Shown here one piece after another: positions 33,498 through 56,312 of a stretch of 64,000 bases of DNA. Each line of letters begins with the position of its first letter. Position 1 is the stretch's first letter. Both the position numbers and the translations under genes were made by a program. Source of the DNA: the human T2T-CHM13v2.0 reference genome, Homo sapiens; the NCBI RefSeq assembly GCF_009914755.1, contig NC_060947.1; one strand, given 5' to 3'. The notes below the pieces were generated by a model. That model made no database searches and had not been told where the DNA came from. It saw only the letters and a list, made by a program, of their open reading frames with translations.

Positions 33498-34622
33498 GTT
33501 TATTTTATTTTCTTTTTGAGACAGGGTATTACTCTGTGGCCCAGGCTAGAGTATAGTGGTACAATCTTAGCTCACTGCAGCCTTGGCTTCCTGGGCTCAA
33601 GTGATCCTCCCACTTCAGCCTCCTGAGTAGGTGGGACTACAGGTGCACACCACCACTCTTGGCTAATTAAATGATTTTTGAAAAATTTTTGTCAAGACAA
33701 GGGTCTCGCTATGTTGCCTAGGTTGGTCTCAAATGCCTGAGCTCAAGCGATCCTCCTGCCTTGGCCCCCCAAGCGATCCTCCTGCCTTGGCCCCCCCAAA
33801 GTGCTGTGATTGCAGGCGTGAGCCACTGCATCCAGCCTAGGGTGTTTCTTTTAGGTGTGGTGTCATGCTGGGGAGCTGGCGATACTGCTGCCCACTAAGG
33901 GGGGCAGGGAGGATGTCTAGAGAACATTTCTTTCTTTCTTTCTTTTTCTTTTCTTTCTCTCTTTTTTTTTTTTTTTTGAGATGGAATCTCGCTCTGTCAC
34001 CAGGCTGGAGTGCAGTGGGTGTGATCTCGGCTGACTACAACCTCCGCCTCCTGGGTTCGAGCAATTCTCCTGCCTCAGCCTCCCAAGTAGCTGGGATTAC
34101 AGGTGTGCGCCACCACACCCAGCTAATTTTTGTATTTTTAATAGAGACAGGGTTTCACCATGTTGGCCAGTAGGGTCTCAATCTCTTGACCTCATGATCC
34201 ACCCGCCTCAGCCTCTCAAAGTGCTGGGATTACAGTCATGAGCCACTGCGCCCAGCCCCTCTAGAGAACATTTCTAAATTTTCTTTTAAAGTCTATTTTC
34301 TGCCTGGGCATGATGGCTCACGCCTGTAATCCCAGCACTTTGGGAGGCCAAGGCAGGCAGATCACTTGAGATCAGGAGTTAGAAACCAACCTGGCCGACA
34401 TGGTGAAACCCCATCTATACTAAAAATACAAAAAATTAGCCGGGTGTGGTGGCACATGCCTGTAATCCCAGCTATTTGGGAGATTGAGGCAGGAGAATCA
34501 CTTGAACCCAGGAAGTGGAAGTCAGTGAGTCGAGATCGTGCCACTGCACTACAGCCTAGGCGACAGAGCAAGACTCTGTCTCAAAAACAAAAACAAAAAC
34601 AAAACAAAAACAAACAAAAAAA
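33498..34622. mobile_element. Alu cluster: AluJ (-, 33498-33837), AluSc (-, 33927-34257), AluSx (+, 34302-34622)
   Basis: TSDs ctagggtgttt and tctagagaacatttct; 27-bp tandem duplication in the first Alu. Confidence 0.9.
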
Positions 34623-34944
34623 CTATTTTCTTTTACAATATAATTGAGGTTTATTTAAACATAAAGCTTTTCCATGGTGGCCAGATATATTATAGAATGT
34701 TTCATTTAAAAATATTTTAAAATTATAAAAACATTTAACATTATAAAGAATTTGAAAAATAAATGACACATCACCTTACCACCCTAATACAACTGATTTC
34801 TTTTCTTCATATTCCTTGTCATTCTTGTCCGCAGATGTCGTACCAACTTTGTGAAGTTTTCACTTACTTCTTCAGCAGAATTTAATGTTCCTTCCACCCT
34901 CCAAAAGCATTTTGTGAATGAGAACACCTTTCAGTTTGTTTCCA

Positions 34945-35076
34945 TGACTGTCTTCCACTTAGACTGAACCTCCTTGAGGAAGGGGACCATGTCTTCTCAG
35001 CTTTATATCTCCTACACATAGCACAACACCTGGTACACATTAAATGTTCAGTAAGATTTCTCAAATGAATGAATGC
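34945..35076 (+). mobile_element. L2 3' end
   Basis: tagactgaacctccttgagg...cctggtacacattaaatgttcagtaa...aatgaatgaatg. Confidence 0.75.
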
Positions 35077-35160
35077 TTGTATGTGCATAGTCATGATCAT
35101 GATAGACATGTAATTTTGTAATTTGCTTCTGTTAATGAACATCAGAGTACACACGTTTTT

Positions 35161-35460
35161 GGCCTGGTGCGGTTGCTCGCGCCTGTATTCCCAGCACTTT
35201 GGGAGGCCGAGGCGGGTGGATCACAAGGTCAGGAGTTCAAAAACAGCCTGGCCAAGATGGGGAAACCCTGTCTCTACTAAAAATACAAAAAATTAGCCAG
35301 GCATGGTGGCAGGCGCCTGTAATCCCAGCTACTTGGGAGGCTGAGGCAGAGAATTGCTTGAACCCGGGAGGCAGAGGTTGCAGTAAGCCAAGATCATGCG
35401 ATTGCACTCCAGCCTGGGCAACAGAGTGAGACTCCGTCTAAAAAAAAAAAAAAAAAAAAA
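35161..35460 (+). mobile_element. AluSg-type
   Basis: full dimer plus poly(A). Confidence 0.9.
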
Positions 35461-35691
35461 GATTATGCACGTTTTTATACATTGTTACTAATTTTTCACA
35501 TATATTTGATAGTGTCCTAATCTTCTATTCCATTAATGGACAGTCGTTTGCTTAATCATTCTCTTCTTATTGGGAATGCTTGTTTTCAGCTTCACACTAC
35601 TCAGAATAATACCAAACTGAATACCCTCATACACAGGGCTTCTTGTTAGTTTTTTTCAATGAATGAAATTTCCAAGAGTGAGACAAACACT

Positions 35692-35866
35692 TTACTTATT
35701 TATTTAGAGACAGGATCTTGCTATGTTGCTCAGGCTCAAGTGCGGCGGCTATTCACAGGCATGATCATTGCTTACCAGAGCCTTGAATTTCTGGCATCAA
35801 ACTTTCCTTCTGCCTCAGCCTCCTGAGTAGCTGTGATTATAGGCATGCACCACTGCACCCAGCTAA
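35692..35866 (-). mobile_element. FAM (fossil Alu monomer)
   Basis: retains the 7SL-like cctgtgaatagcc segment on the reverse strand. Confidence 0.8.
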
Positions 35867-36422
35867 TGACTATATTTATTAATAATTTGAGTTCTATATG
35901 TAATTTACACTTTAAAACCTAGATATATCCAGAGGTTTATGGGTGTTAGTAGGGGTGCATGTATATCCCATGAAGACAAGTGCAAGAGCAAAATTTAATG
36001 TTTAGGAAACAAATGACCCTGAAGAGAGAAGTAGCTATCCCAGTACAGACCACATATCATGAGGCAAGGCCTCCCTGAGGCATGTATGAAAGAATCCCTT
36101 CTGGACGAGCTTTAAGAAGTCTCCTTCAGCCACACTGGTTTAAGCCTCCACATATTAACAGTGAAGACAGAGATATTCTGTCTTCTATATCAGGAAACTG
36201 CTTGTGGTTTTACTGATATCGTGTGAGCCCTGTCTTTTTGATAAATTCTTTTGATTCCTTCTTTAAGTCCTTTAAACCCCTTCCAGCATTTTATATCTAG
36301 ACACTTGACTAAATAAATACTTTCTGACTACAGAGTTTATATTTGGATGCTGTTGATGTTCTTTATTCCTTCCTGAATGTGTGAGTTTCCCTCTGATATT
36401 TCCTTCATCTAAAAAACTAGGA

Positions 36423-36427
<5 letters not shown>

Positions 36428-36465
<38 letters not shown>

Positions 36466-36744
36466 ATGGAGTCTCGCTCTATCGCCCAGACTGGAGTACA
36501 GTGGCGTGATCTTGGTTCACTGCAACCTCTATGCCTCCCGGGTTCAAGTGATTCTCCTGCCTCAGCCCCCCGAATAGCTGGGACTACAGGCATGCGCCAC
36601 CATGCCTGGCTAATTTTTGTATTTTTAGCAGAGACGGGGTTTCACCATGTTGGCCAGGATGGTCTCCATCTCCTGACCTCATGATCCACCCACCTCGGAC
36701 CTCCCAAAGTGCTGGGATTACAGGCGTGAGCCACTGCGCCCGGT
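36428..36744 (-). mobile_element. AluSc-type
   Basis: TSD taaaactaggaagttcttt. Confidence 0.9.
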
Positions 36745-36759
36745 AAAACTAGGAAGTTC

Positions 36760-37201
36760 TTTAGATAATTCCCAGTTCTCCCTTTTCTCTTGCTTCTAGT
36801 TCTCAAGAATAACTGTAAAATGTGCTAGGAATGCAGTGTCCTGCCATAAAGGGGGCTGGCCAGAACAGCCAGGGCTCTGTTCCAGTCCCCTTTATAAACA
36901 AGATGGCCTTCAACACTTTAGTGTGTCACGATACCCCGGGTTATAAAACCCAGGGTGGGATGCTTTCTGGGGTCCCTCAGCTGCAGTGTTAGTGGGGCAC
37001 ATGCAGTTGAGACTCCATCTACCTTGAGTGGCCTTCCTGAGCCTTGGGGAGCCAGATCTCAATGAAACTTAGGTTTCTGTTGTCACTTGCTGCTCATCTG
37101 TAAGTAATAAATACTCTTCCTGTAACTTGCTGCACGTGTGGATGTTCTGTCTCACCAGACTCAGACAAGTGGTAATCAGGGCACAGTGAACCTGCTTCAC
37201 A
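36760..37201 (+). mobile_element. Solo LTR, LTR47-like
   Basis: TATA ttataaaacccaggg, poly(A) signal gtaagtaataaa, ends cacagtgaacctgcttcaca. Confidence 0.7.
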
Positions 37202-39700
<2,499 letters not shown>

Positions 39701-39879
39701 ATTTTTGAATGAAAATGACCTTGGGGGATTTACTCCTGGTCATAAAATTAATATATACCCATTTAAAAATCATACAACATAGAAATATGCAGAGAAGAAC
39801 ATAAAACTATCCATAATCTCATTTTTCTTCTCTTTTTACATTAAAAAAATTTTTTGCAGTATTATTTTATTATTTATTT

Positions 39880-42120
<2,241 letters not shown>

Positions 42121-42124
42121 CTCT

Positions 42125-42548
42125 TTTTTTGTTAGGGTCTTGCTATATTGCCCAGGCTGATCTCGAACTTCTGGGCTCAAGTGATCCTCCTGCCTCAGCC
42201 TCAAGAGTAGTGCCCAACCATAATCTCATTATTAAAAGATACCTTCTAGTTTTTTGTTTTGTTTTGTTTTGAGACAATCTCTCTCTGTCTCCCAGGCTGA
42301 AGGACAGTAGTGTGATCTTGGCTTACTGCAACCTCTGCCTCTTGGGTTCAAGTGATTCTTGTACCTCAGCCTCCTGAGTAGCTGGGACTACAGGTGTGTG
42401 CCACCACACCTGGCTAATTTTCTTATTTTTAGTAGAGATGGGGTTTTGCCATGTTGGCCAGGCTGGACTCGAACTCCTGACCTCAAGTTATCTGCTCTCC
42501 TCAGCCTCCCAAAGTGCTGGAATTACAGTAAAGACACTGCACCTGGCC
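42125..42548 (-). mobile_element. FLAM (42125-42220) plus AluS (42250-42548)
   Basis: Alu consensus matches. Confidence 0.85.
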
Positions 42549-43408
42549 ACTTTCTAGTTTTTTTTCTTGTGTACATATTCAAATGTACTTATATAAGCAT
42601 AGAAATAAATATTTCTCATACTATTAATAAAAGAGGAGCACACTATAGATATTATGTTGTAACCTACTTCACTCCCTCCATTTAGCAATATATAATAAAC
42701 ATTGAAAAAGGGCTATTCTGGGTTTAAGAATAAAGGGTTAGAGAGCTTACAGAAGACAAATTGAAAAGTGAGACTTTTGATCTAAAAGGGAATGGTGCTG
42801 AGAGGTGCTACTTCTGAGGGCCAGATCCACAGAAGGGCCTCAGTCCCCTGCCCTTGCTGGCATAATAGAATAGAGGGAACAGTATCTTTTTATCAGTCCT
42901 AACCACCTGGGGAGGAGCTGAGGGTTTGGCATTGAGCTGTGGTTTCTTTTGCTGACTCCTGGCTATTAGAGACTAATGGGAAGAAGTACCAGCCCTGGAG
43001 TCTGCGGTGGACTAGGCAGGCCACACAGGCAGCTCTGCAGGACACTGGGTGTCACTGTGGCTCCTAGGTGGCCCCACCAGCTGTTGGTCCTGAAGAGGTG
43101 AAGGGTGGAGCACTGAGTGAGGAGAGCACAGCTAATGTTTGCTACATTGACCTGACTTTTCAGGGTCTATCAATCATCGCCGGGGATAACTTCCTTCAGA
43201 GTCACATTACCTGATTAGAATTCCACTTCCTGTTCTTCAGAAGTCTCGCCTTGGATAGATTTGACCTAAGGTATTCACTGTTCTTCCCTACCTATCCATT
43301 TGCTTCAAATGGTGACTCTTTGATCAGATATTTAGACCTGGATTCTCCACTCAATTTTGTGAGCCACCAACGTCTAACTTGGTATGTTTGAGCTCATCTT
43401 TTTGCCTC

Positions 43409-43415
43409 ATATATA

Positions 43416-43468
<53 letters not shown>

Positions 43469-44126
43469 AATAGCCATTCTGTCTGGTGTGAGATGGTATC
43501 TCATTGTGGTGATGTGAAACATTTTTTCTTTTCTTTTCTTTTCTTTTTCTTTTTTTTTTTTGAGACAGAGTCTCACTCTGTCACTCAGGCTGGAGTGCAG
43601 TGGCGCAATCCTGGCTGACTTCAACATCCGCCTCCCTGGTCCAAGCGACTCTTCTGCCTCAGCCTTCCAAGTAGCTGGAATTACAAGTATGCACCACCAT
43701 GCCTGGCTAATTTTTGTATTTTTAGTAGACACAGGGTTTCCCCATGTTGGCCAGGCTGGTCTCAAACTCCTGACCTCAAGTGATTGGCCCACCTCGGCCT
43801 CCCAAAGTACTGGGATTATAGGCATGAGCCACCGTGCCTGGTGTGGAGCATTTTTTCATATGTTTATTGGCCTCTTATGTGTCTTCTTTTGAGAAGTATA
43901 TGTTCATGTCTTTGCCTATTTAAAATAACAAATATCTCTAAATATATATATATATATCAAATATATATATAAATATCTCTAAATATATATATACACACCA
44001 TATTTGGAGATGGGGTCTTGCTCTGTTGCCCAGGCTGGAGTTCAGTGGCACAATCATAGCCCACTGCAGCCTGAACATTCAGTGCTCAAGCGACTGTCCT
44101 GCCTCAGCCTCCTGAGTAGCTAGGAT
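43409..44126 (-). mobile_element. (TA)n-flanked short L1 fragment with AluS (43523-43841) and a partial Alu (44003-44126)
   Basis: taatagccattctgtctggtgtgagatggtatctcattgtgg...tcttcttttgagaagt. Confidence 0.8.
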
Positions 44127-44229
44127 GCCTTTCATATTTTTGTTCAGAATATCACCATCCCCCAAGGTCATGGAGTTGCAAAGAATTCTCACTGACTCGT
44201 CCCTTTCTCAGGCCTCCATCTTCTGATCA

Positions 44230-44460
44230 GTTGTGACTTGTTCTGTGAAGGGGAGCCACTAAAGGATTTTGAGCAGAGAAGTAGGATGTGATCAGATGTG
44301 GGCTTTAGTACAGAGGATAAACTGAGTGTTGAGGGAAAGAAACAAATGTGAGGCAGAGAGAACAGTTTGGAGAACAGCAATATACCATACAAAAGATGAA
44401 AGCAGTAGTTGTGAAATGGAAGAGAGGATTTCAAGAGACAACTCATAAAAGGAATACATA
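44230..44460 (-). mobile_element. L2 fragment
   Basis: ggggagccactaaaggattttgagcagagaagt...atcagat. Confidence 0.65.
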
Positions 44461-44520
44461 AAAGTTTTCAAAACAGAGGGACTTTTGAAGTTCCTCTGTT
44501 CCTCCTCTGAAGTTGAAGGC

Positions 44521-45075
<555 letters not shown>

Positions 45076-45152
45076 TAAGTTGAAGGATAGGGCTGGTTTA
45101 ACCTTCTCAAGAAGCAGAATGTTATCAAGAACTTAAAAAAAAAGTAGTTTCT

Positions 45153-45977
<825 letters not shown>

Positions 45978-45979
45978 TA

Positions 45980-46895
45980 AAACTTTTTAATGAGCTGTAA
46001 CATACACACAAAAGTATACTAATCCTCAGTGTCAGCTTGATGAATTTTCACATCCGAACACACCTTTGTAGCTATCACCTAGATAAAGAAACAGAACACT
46101 ACCCGCATCCCAGCAGTTCCCATAATTTCCCGTCAGTCACTTACTCCCCTCCAAAGGTGGTCACTAACCTGACATCTAACATCATAGAATTTTTTAACCT
46201 TTTTTTTTTTTTGCTGAGGTTTGTCTTTTATTTTTAATTTTTTTAACTTTTATTCTAGGTTCTGGGGTACATGTGCAGGTTTGTTATATAGGTAAACTCA
46301 TGTCACAGGGGTTTGGTGTACAGATTATTTCATCACCCAGGTACTAAGCCTAGTACCCAATAGTTATTTTTTTTCTGCTCTTCTCCCTATTCCCACCCTC
46401 CACTCTCAAGTAGACCCCAGTGTCTGTTGTTCCCTTCTTTGCTAACACCATAGATTAATTTTGCCCATCTTTAAGCCATATATGAATGGAATCCTATAGT
46501 GTATATTCTTTTGTGTCTGGCTTCTTTCATTTAACATTATATTTGTGAGATTTTTCTATTTTTTGTTTATAGAAATTGTAATTTCCTCCTCAGTGGTATA
46601 TAGCATTCATCCTGTTGGCAATAGTCATTTGAGTCTTTTCTAGTTGAAAACTGTTATTCATAGTACTATAAGAACGTTTTTTATGTATCTTTTTGGTACA
46701 AATGTGTATATATTTATGTTGGCAATATACCTAGGAGTGAACTTTCTTGTCCATGGGATATATACAACTGCTAAGTAGTTTTCCAATGTGTTTGTAACAA
46801 TTTATCCTCTGCTTAGCAATGGAAGATATTTCATTTATTCCAACAATTGGTATTGTCTGCTTTGAAAATTTTAGCCATTCTGGTAGGTATGGCAA
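45980..46895 (-). mobile_element. L1ME-type 3' fragment with a nested L1PA 3' stub (~46225-46442)
   Basis: cagcttgatgaattttcaca...tgtgtctggcttctttcatttaacattat...ttttagccattctggtaggt. Confidence 0.8.
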
Positions 46896-46944
46896 CAGTG
46901 TCTACGGCTGTCCTTCCACCAGATGTAGCCAAACAGAATTGTAC

Positions 46945-48420
<1,476 letters not shown>

Positions 48421-48610
48421 TACTGAGGTCAGCTACCAAGTAAGTCAAGATTCCTACTGGGAGAGAAAGCCATGGTAAAAACAAACAAATAAACAAATAA
48501 GCAAGCAAATCTAGCAACTCCTGTTGGGCCAGCATTTTAGGAATTCACTTCATGCTGAACTTCCTGAGCCTTACAATTTTGTTAAAGGGGTGACAGGGAA
48601 AGCACCTTTA

Positions 48611-49063
<453 letters not shown>

Positions 49064-49093
49064 TCAGCCAGGTTTCTCATTTGCCTCTCCTCT

Positions 49094-49473
<380 letters not shown>

Positions 49474-51130
49474 TTTCTGCTGGCAGTATGGTAGAGTAGA
49501 ACTCCCAGTTCTGTTAGTTAACATCTGGGGAAATTTTAGCAGCTGAGTCAGGATGATTTCCGTCAGCCTTCATTTCTACCTTCTATCTGCTTTTTGTGCT
49601 GGCCAATATCCTCACTCAGCCATCAGGTCAGCGTCCTGTTTTGTATGTTAACCCAGCCAGTGAAAAAGTGATGGTACCTTATTGACCATAGATTACACTT
49701 GAGACACACAGGCCTAGAAGCATCATCTTTCCAATTAGATGGGGGAAAGGGGGAGGTTGTGATCCAATGGGACCCCCAGTGAAGATCCCATTACAGTGTT
49801 AGCAACATTTTGGATGTTAACCAAAAACTGTCCATCAACTTGCAACTCCAGCAATTACAGATTCCACTTGGGAATTTGACTCTACATGGGACTACATTTC
49901 ATCCAGGGAGAGCTATCTGGATGGCTCTGATTTAGGATGCAGGTGTGTTGGGAGATGTAAGTAGTTAACTTTTGTAAAACATGCCAAGGCCTTTCAATGA
50001 AAGGTGTTTTGAGAAAATCTACTATTGTTAACATCATCTTCTTTTTGAGACACTCCAGGAGCCAAAGTGCTTGTTTTCACACTAGTTTCATGAAAAAAAG
50101 GTGTCGACTGTACCAAGTTAATCCATTCTTGCAAAATGCCCATGGAGCCAGCGTGAATTGAAAAATGACTTAAAGAAAAGACCTTCCAAAGAGCCAAAGA
50201 CCTTCTAGCACCAATTATGCCAAGAAATGCTAAGCCAATTAGCAAGTTGGCTAATTTAAAAAGAAATGTTAGAAGTAGTCAGTGAAAATGGACCATCACC
50301 TTGATAAATAGTCCATCTGTTTGAGTAGCATTTCCAGTGTTAATTGAGGTCTGGGTGACTCAGTGCCCTGGTGGCCAAAAATCTGTCCTGAGAAAAAGTA
50401 AAGAGAAGGTACTCAGAGGCCAAACCATGGAGCCCATGGCTTCTCACATCTGCACACAGCCCCCAGGCCAGTGCTTTAGAACACCAGATGTTTACGCTCC
50501 ACTTCCTGACCTCCCTTCCAAATGGCAGTTCTTGGAGTCCCACTGAAGGGCTTTGCAGGCTGTTTGTTTTTGTGTGGAGTGCTGTGGATTTGATTTTTGC
50601 CTGCAATGACTTCCTGACAGAACTGTTTCTCCAAATGATAGTATTTCACTAGGAAATGGTTGAAAAACAAGGACCAAAATGTGAATGTGGACTTCAATGT
50701 TCTCCACAGGCCTGAGACCCCTGCCAGTGCCCTGGGTGGGTGGGCAGGGGTAAGGGTAGAGATTCCTAGGAACCAAAGATCTTAATTTTAAGGCAAAGTA
50801 TTTTTTAGAGCCCCTAGGGAGATGTGAGCCTGGGAGAGTTCTGCCTTCCCCAGTATGGAAACCATGCCAAGGGTAATGAAAGAAGTAAATGAAAATGTTG
50901 AGCCTGGCAGCATGAAAGATTGAGTAAACCCATCATTTGGTCATTTGCAAAGTGGCTGGAGAAATTGCATTCTTGCTGGCAGAGCAGTCCCATGCAGGCG
51001 ATGACATGCCATTAATAAAGTGCCTGTCTCTCCCACTTGCTCCAGGATTTGGTTCTGGATGCCACAGGGAAGAAGCCACTGCTTGACTTAAGGGACCAAA
51101 CAGACCAAATCACTTGATTGAAAGGGTTGA

Positions 51131-51558
<428 letters not shown>

Positions 51559-51619
51559 TCATACAGGTCACAACCCTTCCCATAAACCCTCCTCCTTGGA
51601 GATACCCTTTTTAACATGG

Positions 51620-52375
51620 CACTTTATCGAATCAAGCCAAAACAGGCCAGAAAATACTAGGCATCCATTCTGTGCCCAATATGGTGCCAGACATGAGGAA
51701 AAGCAGTACACCAGTCTGTTGGGGAAAGAAGAGAGACATACAACACAACTAGAAGGATGTTGTAACACTGCACAGGCCCAAGCAGTGGATTATATGGTGC
51801 GAGAGGGCTCTCATCTTTTTGGAGTCATTTGTGAAGGTTTGGGAAGGCGATAAAGAGAGTAAAAGGCATTCCAGGCAGACGATTACAGCACAAAGATGGC
51901 AGGGCAGGAATGAGCATGACCAGTGTGGGCCAGACTCTGTGGCCTGGCCAGGTCAAAGAGGGTGAAGTGAGAGGGGAATTGTTGGAGAAAAGTTGGAGAT
52001 AAGAGTGGGTCAGGGAGGGTTTTATATGGCAGGATGAGGACTTTGGAATGTGATCCCCGAGCAATACAGAAGACCCTGCAGAATGACAGGGATGTAAAGA
52101 AAGAAGCCTTTTAGGCAGATGCCTGTGGCTTTATGTGCAAGACTTGGAGGAGTTGAGTGGAGGGTTTTGCAGCCATGCAGACCCACGGTGGTCAGTGCTT
52201 GGCCAAGGCTAGGGCTGGGAGAATGGAGAACCAGCACAGCCTATGGCACAAGCAAGGGCTTTGGAACCAGACACACCTGGATTCAAATTCCCTCCACCAC
52301 CCCATGTACCTACCACTTATGAGCTGTGTAACCTTGAGCAAGAAGCCTCTGTTTCCTTCCCTCTAAACTGGGGCT
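51620..52375. mobile_element. L2 fragment (~51620-52230) and MIR (~52250-52375)
   Basis: aggcattccaggcag...ggactttggaatgtgatcc; cctggattcaaattcc...gagctgtgtaaccttgagcaag. Confidence 0.7.
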
Positions 52376-52397
52376 AACCCTCTTGCTTGCCTCCTAG

Positions 52398-52471
52398 GGA
52401 AGCCACTGGATCCCCAGAGCTAAAGCAAGGTGAGAGAAGCTAGCCACAAGTTTAAGAAGGTAAAAGTGACC
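52398..52471 (+). repeat. Small inverted duplication arm D
   Basis: ggaagccactggatccccagagctaaagcaaggtgagagaagctagccacaagtttaagaaggtaaaagtgacc. Confidence 0.85.
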
Positions 52472-54006
52472 TGGAAGGAAGTGTGTCTAAGGCACCTAGG
52501 AGGCCCCACGAAGCAGTAGCTTCTCATGTTTAGGCTCATTCAAAGAGACTTCCTGAGAAAGAACCAACAGGATCTAGTGCCAGGGAGGACTGCAATTGCC
52601 GGAGATGGGGGAGACACTGATGATTGCCATGGTTCAAAATGGGGAGGACAGTGGCCCAACGGCCTGAGCCTGGGAATTGAGCTGGGCCTGGGTGGGGGTG
52701 GTGATAAACCAAGCTCTATTTTAGACGGTGTTTTTGAGGGCAAGAGGAACTGCCTCCCAGCTGTTTGTTTTATATGTGTATTCCTTCTCGCAATGTTCAG
52801 GCTCCTAAAGGGCCTTGTTTAGAGAAGTGCTGCAGCAAAGCAGGAGAAGGTATATTTTAAAGTGACAGGTCTAAAAATACTGCTCTCTTTTTGCCCTTTC
52901 ACAGCTGCAGATTCCCAATCCTGATCCTCACTGGGAGAAATAATAAAATGCATATGTTTATAATAAAAATCATATTTCCCTCTTCCCGTGATGTCTCCCA
53001 GTTGTAGGTTCCCATCCGTTTGCTGTTTGACCTATCATTTAACAAATGTATTTTAAGAAAAGTAATCTTTTCTACTGACATGTCCTATAAACGTCACATC
53101 CTCAGCATTGGTTCTCATTGAGGAACAGAGATGCATGTTTTGAATATTTCCATAAATGCTTTTCACTCCATTCCCAGGCGAGGATTTTTAAATGCTTGCT
53201 TTGAGACAAAATATACAGACCATGCACTGTACAATGATGTAGGTCTCTCGGGCCTGATTGTCAGAGGGCAAGGTGAGAGTTTGGGTTCTGGAGAAATTTG
53301 CTACAATTGGCAGCTGAAACCCAGGCCTCAGCTCTTCTGTGGGTCATCATTCAGGTGTGCTCAGCGCAAGGCATCCTGGGAAGTCAGTACTTGGGCCTTA
53401 CCCTGAGTAGAGTGAATGGGACTCTGAGAGACTTCTCTTGAAGGCACTAAGTGGGATTGTGTTGACGGTGGGCTAAGTCAACATTCATTGTGCAAAGCGC
53501 AGAGAAAGCATCTCTTCCTTTGTCCTGAAGGATGAGGCCCAATCAGAGAGCAGGCACAGATCCTCTGTCATTTGGAAGGGAGCTGATGTTGTTTAGAGAC
53601 ATCTATCCATCGTTGTTCTATGGATTAAAGAAAATGAGTTTAATGCACTCAGTAGGGCACCTGGCACATAGTACGCACTCAAGGAAGCAAGATCTGTCCC
53701 ACTTACAGAAAGAGCAAGGAAAGATATCTCAAGGCCACTGCCAACTGTGTTGGAAGTCCAGGCAGGGATTGTGGCGGGGACTAGGAATAGGAAGGAGACA
53801 TGGAAATGGTGTAGTACAAGGCAGAACACAAACAGAAGAGAATTAAGGGAGCCAAGGCAGATTACCTACAGGATGGGAGAGAAAAGGGTAGGAAGAGCTG
53901 TGATTAGGTGTCAGGCAGGTAGCGAGTTAACCCCTATATACTTGGTCATTTCACAGTTCATTCATTCATTCATCCATCCAAGAAATATTTACTGAGCATC
54001 TACTAT

Positions 54007-54316
<310 letters not shown>

Positions 54317-55048
54317 TGAGCATCTACTATGCTCTAAGCAGTGCTCTAAGCACTAGGGACACAGCAGTGAACAAAACAGAGAAGGATCATTCTCTAAGAG
54401 AATTTACAGACTCATGGCAATAGGCAGTGAGGGAGATTTGGGAGTGGGAAAATGGTGTGGGAATTCAGAGCTGGCTTTCCCAAACCTAGAACCCTCTGAA
54501 TGGAGTCCCAGAAGTTGCTCATCTCAGCCCTTCCCAGGTATGGTTTGTCCTAAATAATGGTGACCATCCCACCCAAGTTTCTTGTCAGGGCTGGCTTTGC
54601 AGGAAGATAATGAGGAGTATTTCAGGGGGAAAGATGGGTTTCCCTTCCCTTATTTCACGTGGCCAGAAATATTTTTTTTGCAGAGAAGAAAGCCTTACTT
54701 TTCCCGTCTCAAGGCCCAAACAGACCGGAGGAATAAAAGCTTTACCAAGGAGGAGCTGGATGCAAGCAGGGAAGAGGAGGGAGAAGGAGGCTAGGTTCTA
54801 TCAGTCATTCAACTAATACTGAGTGACTCCTCTGTGCCAAACTCTGTGCTAGATGATACCACAGTAAACATGTAACAACCTCTGTCCTCGTGAAGCTTAC
54901 ATTCTGGCAGATAATAAACTAACTAAATGATAAATTATCATCACTATGGAGAAAAATGAAGCAGGGAGAAGGGAAAGGGAGACTTGGGGAAAGGGTTGCA
55001 AATTCAATTAGGGGAGTCAGGGAGTCATTTACACAAGGCACTATTTGA

Positions 55049-56312
<1,264 letters not shown>

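Noticed and set aside
49480-50340. Possible processed pseudogene
   Set aside because: Manual translation of the frames I tried gave frequent stops and no recognisable protein; no poly(A) or TSD seen. BLASTX would be decisive.
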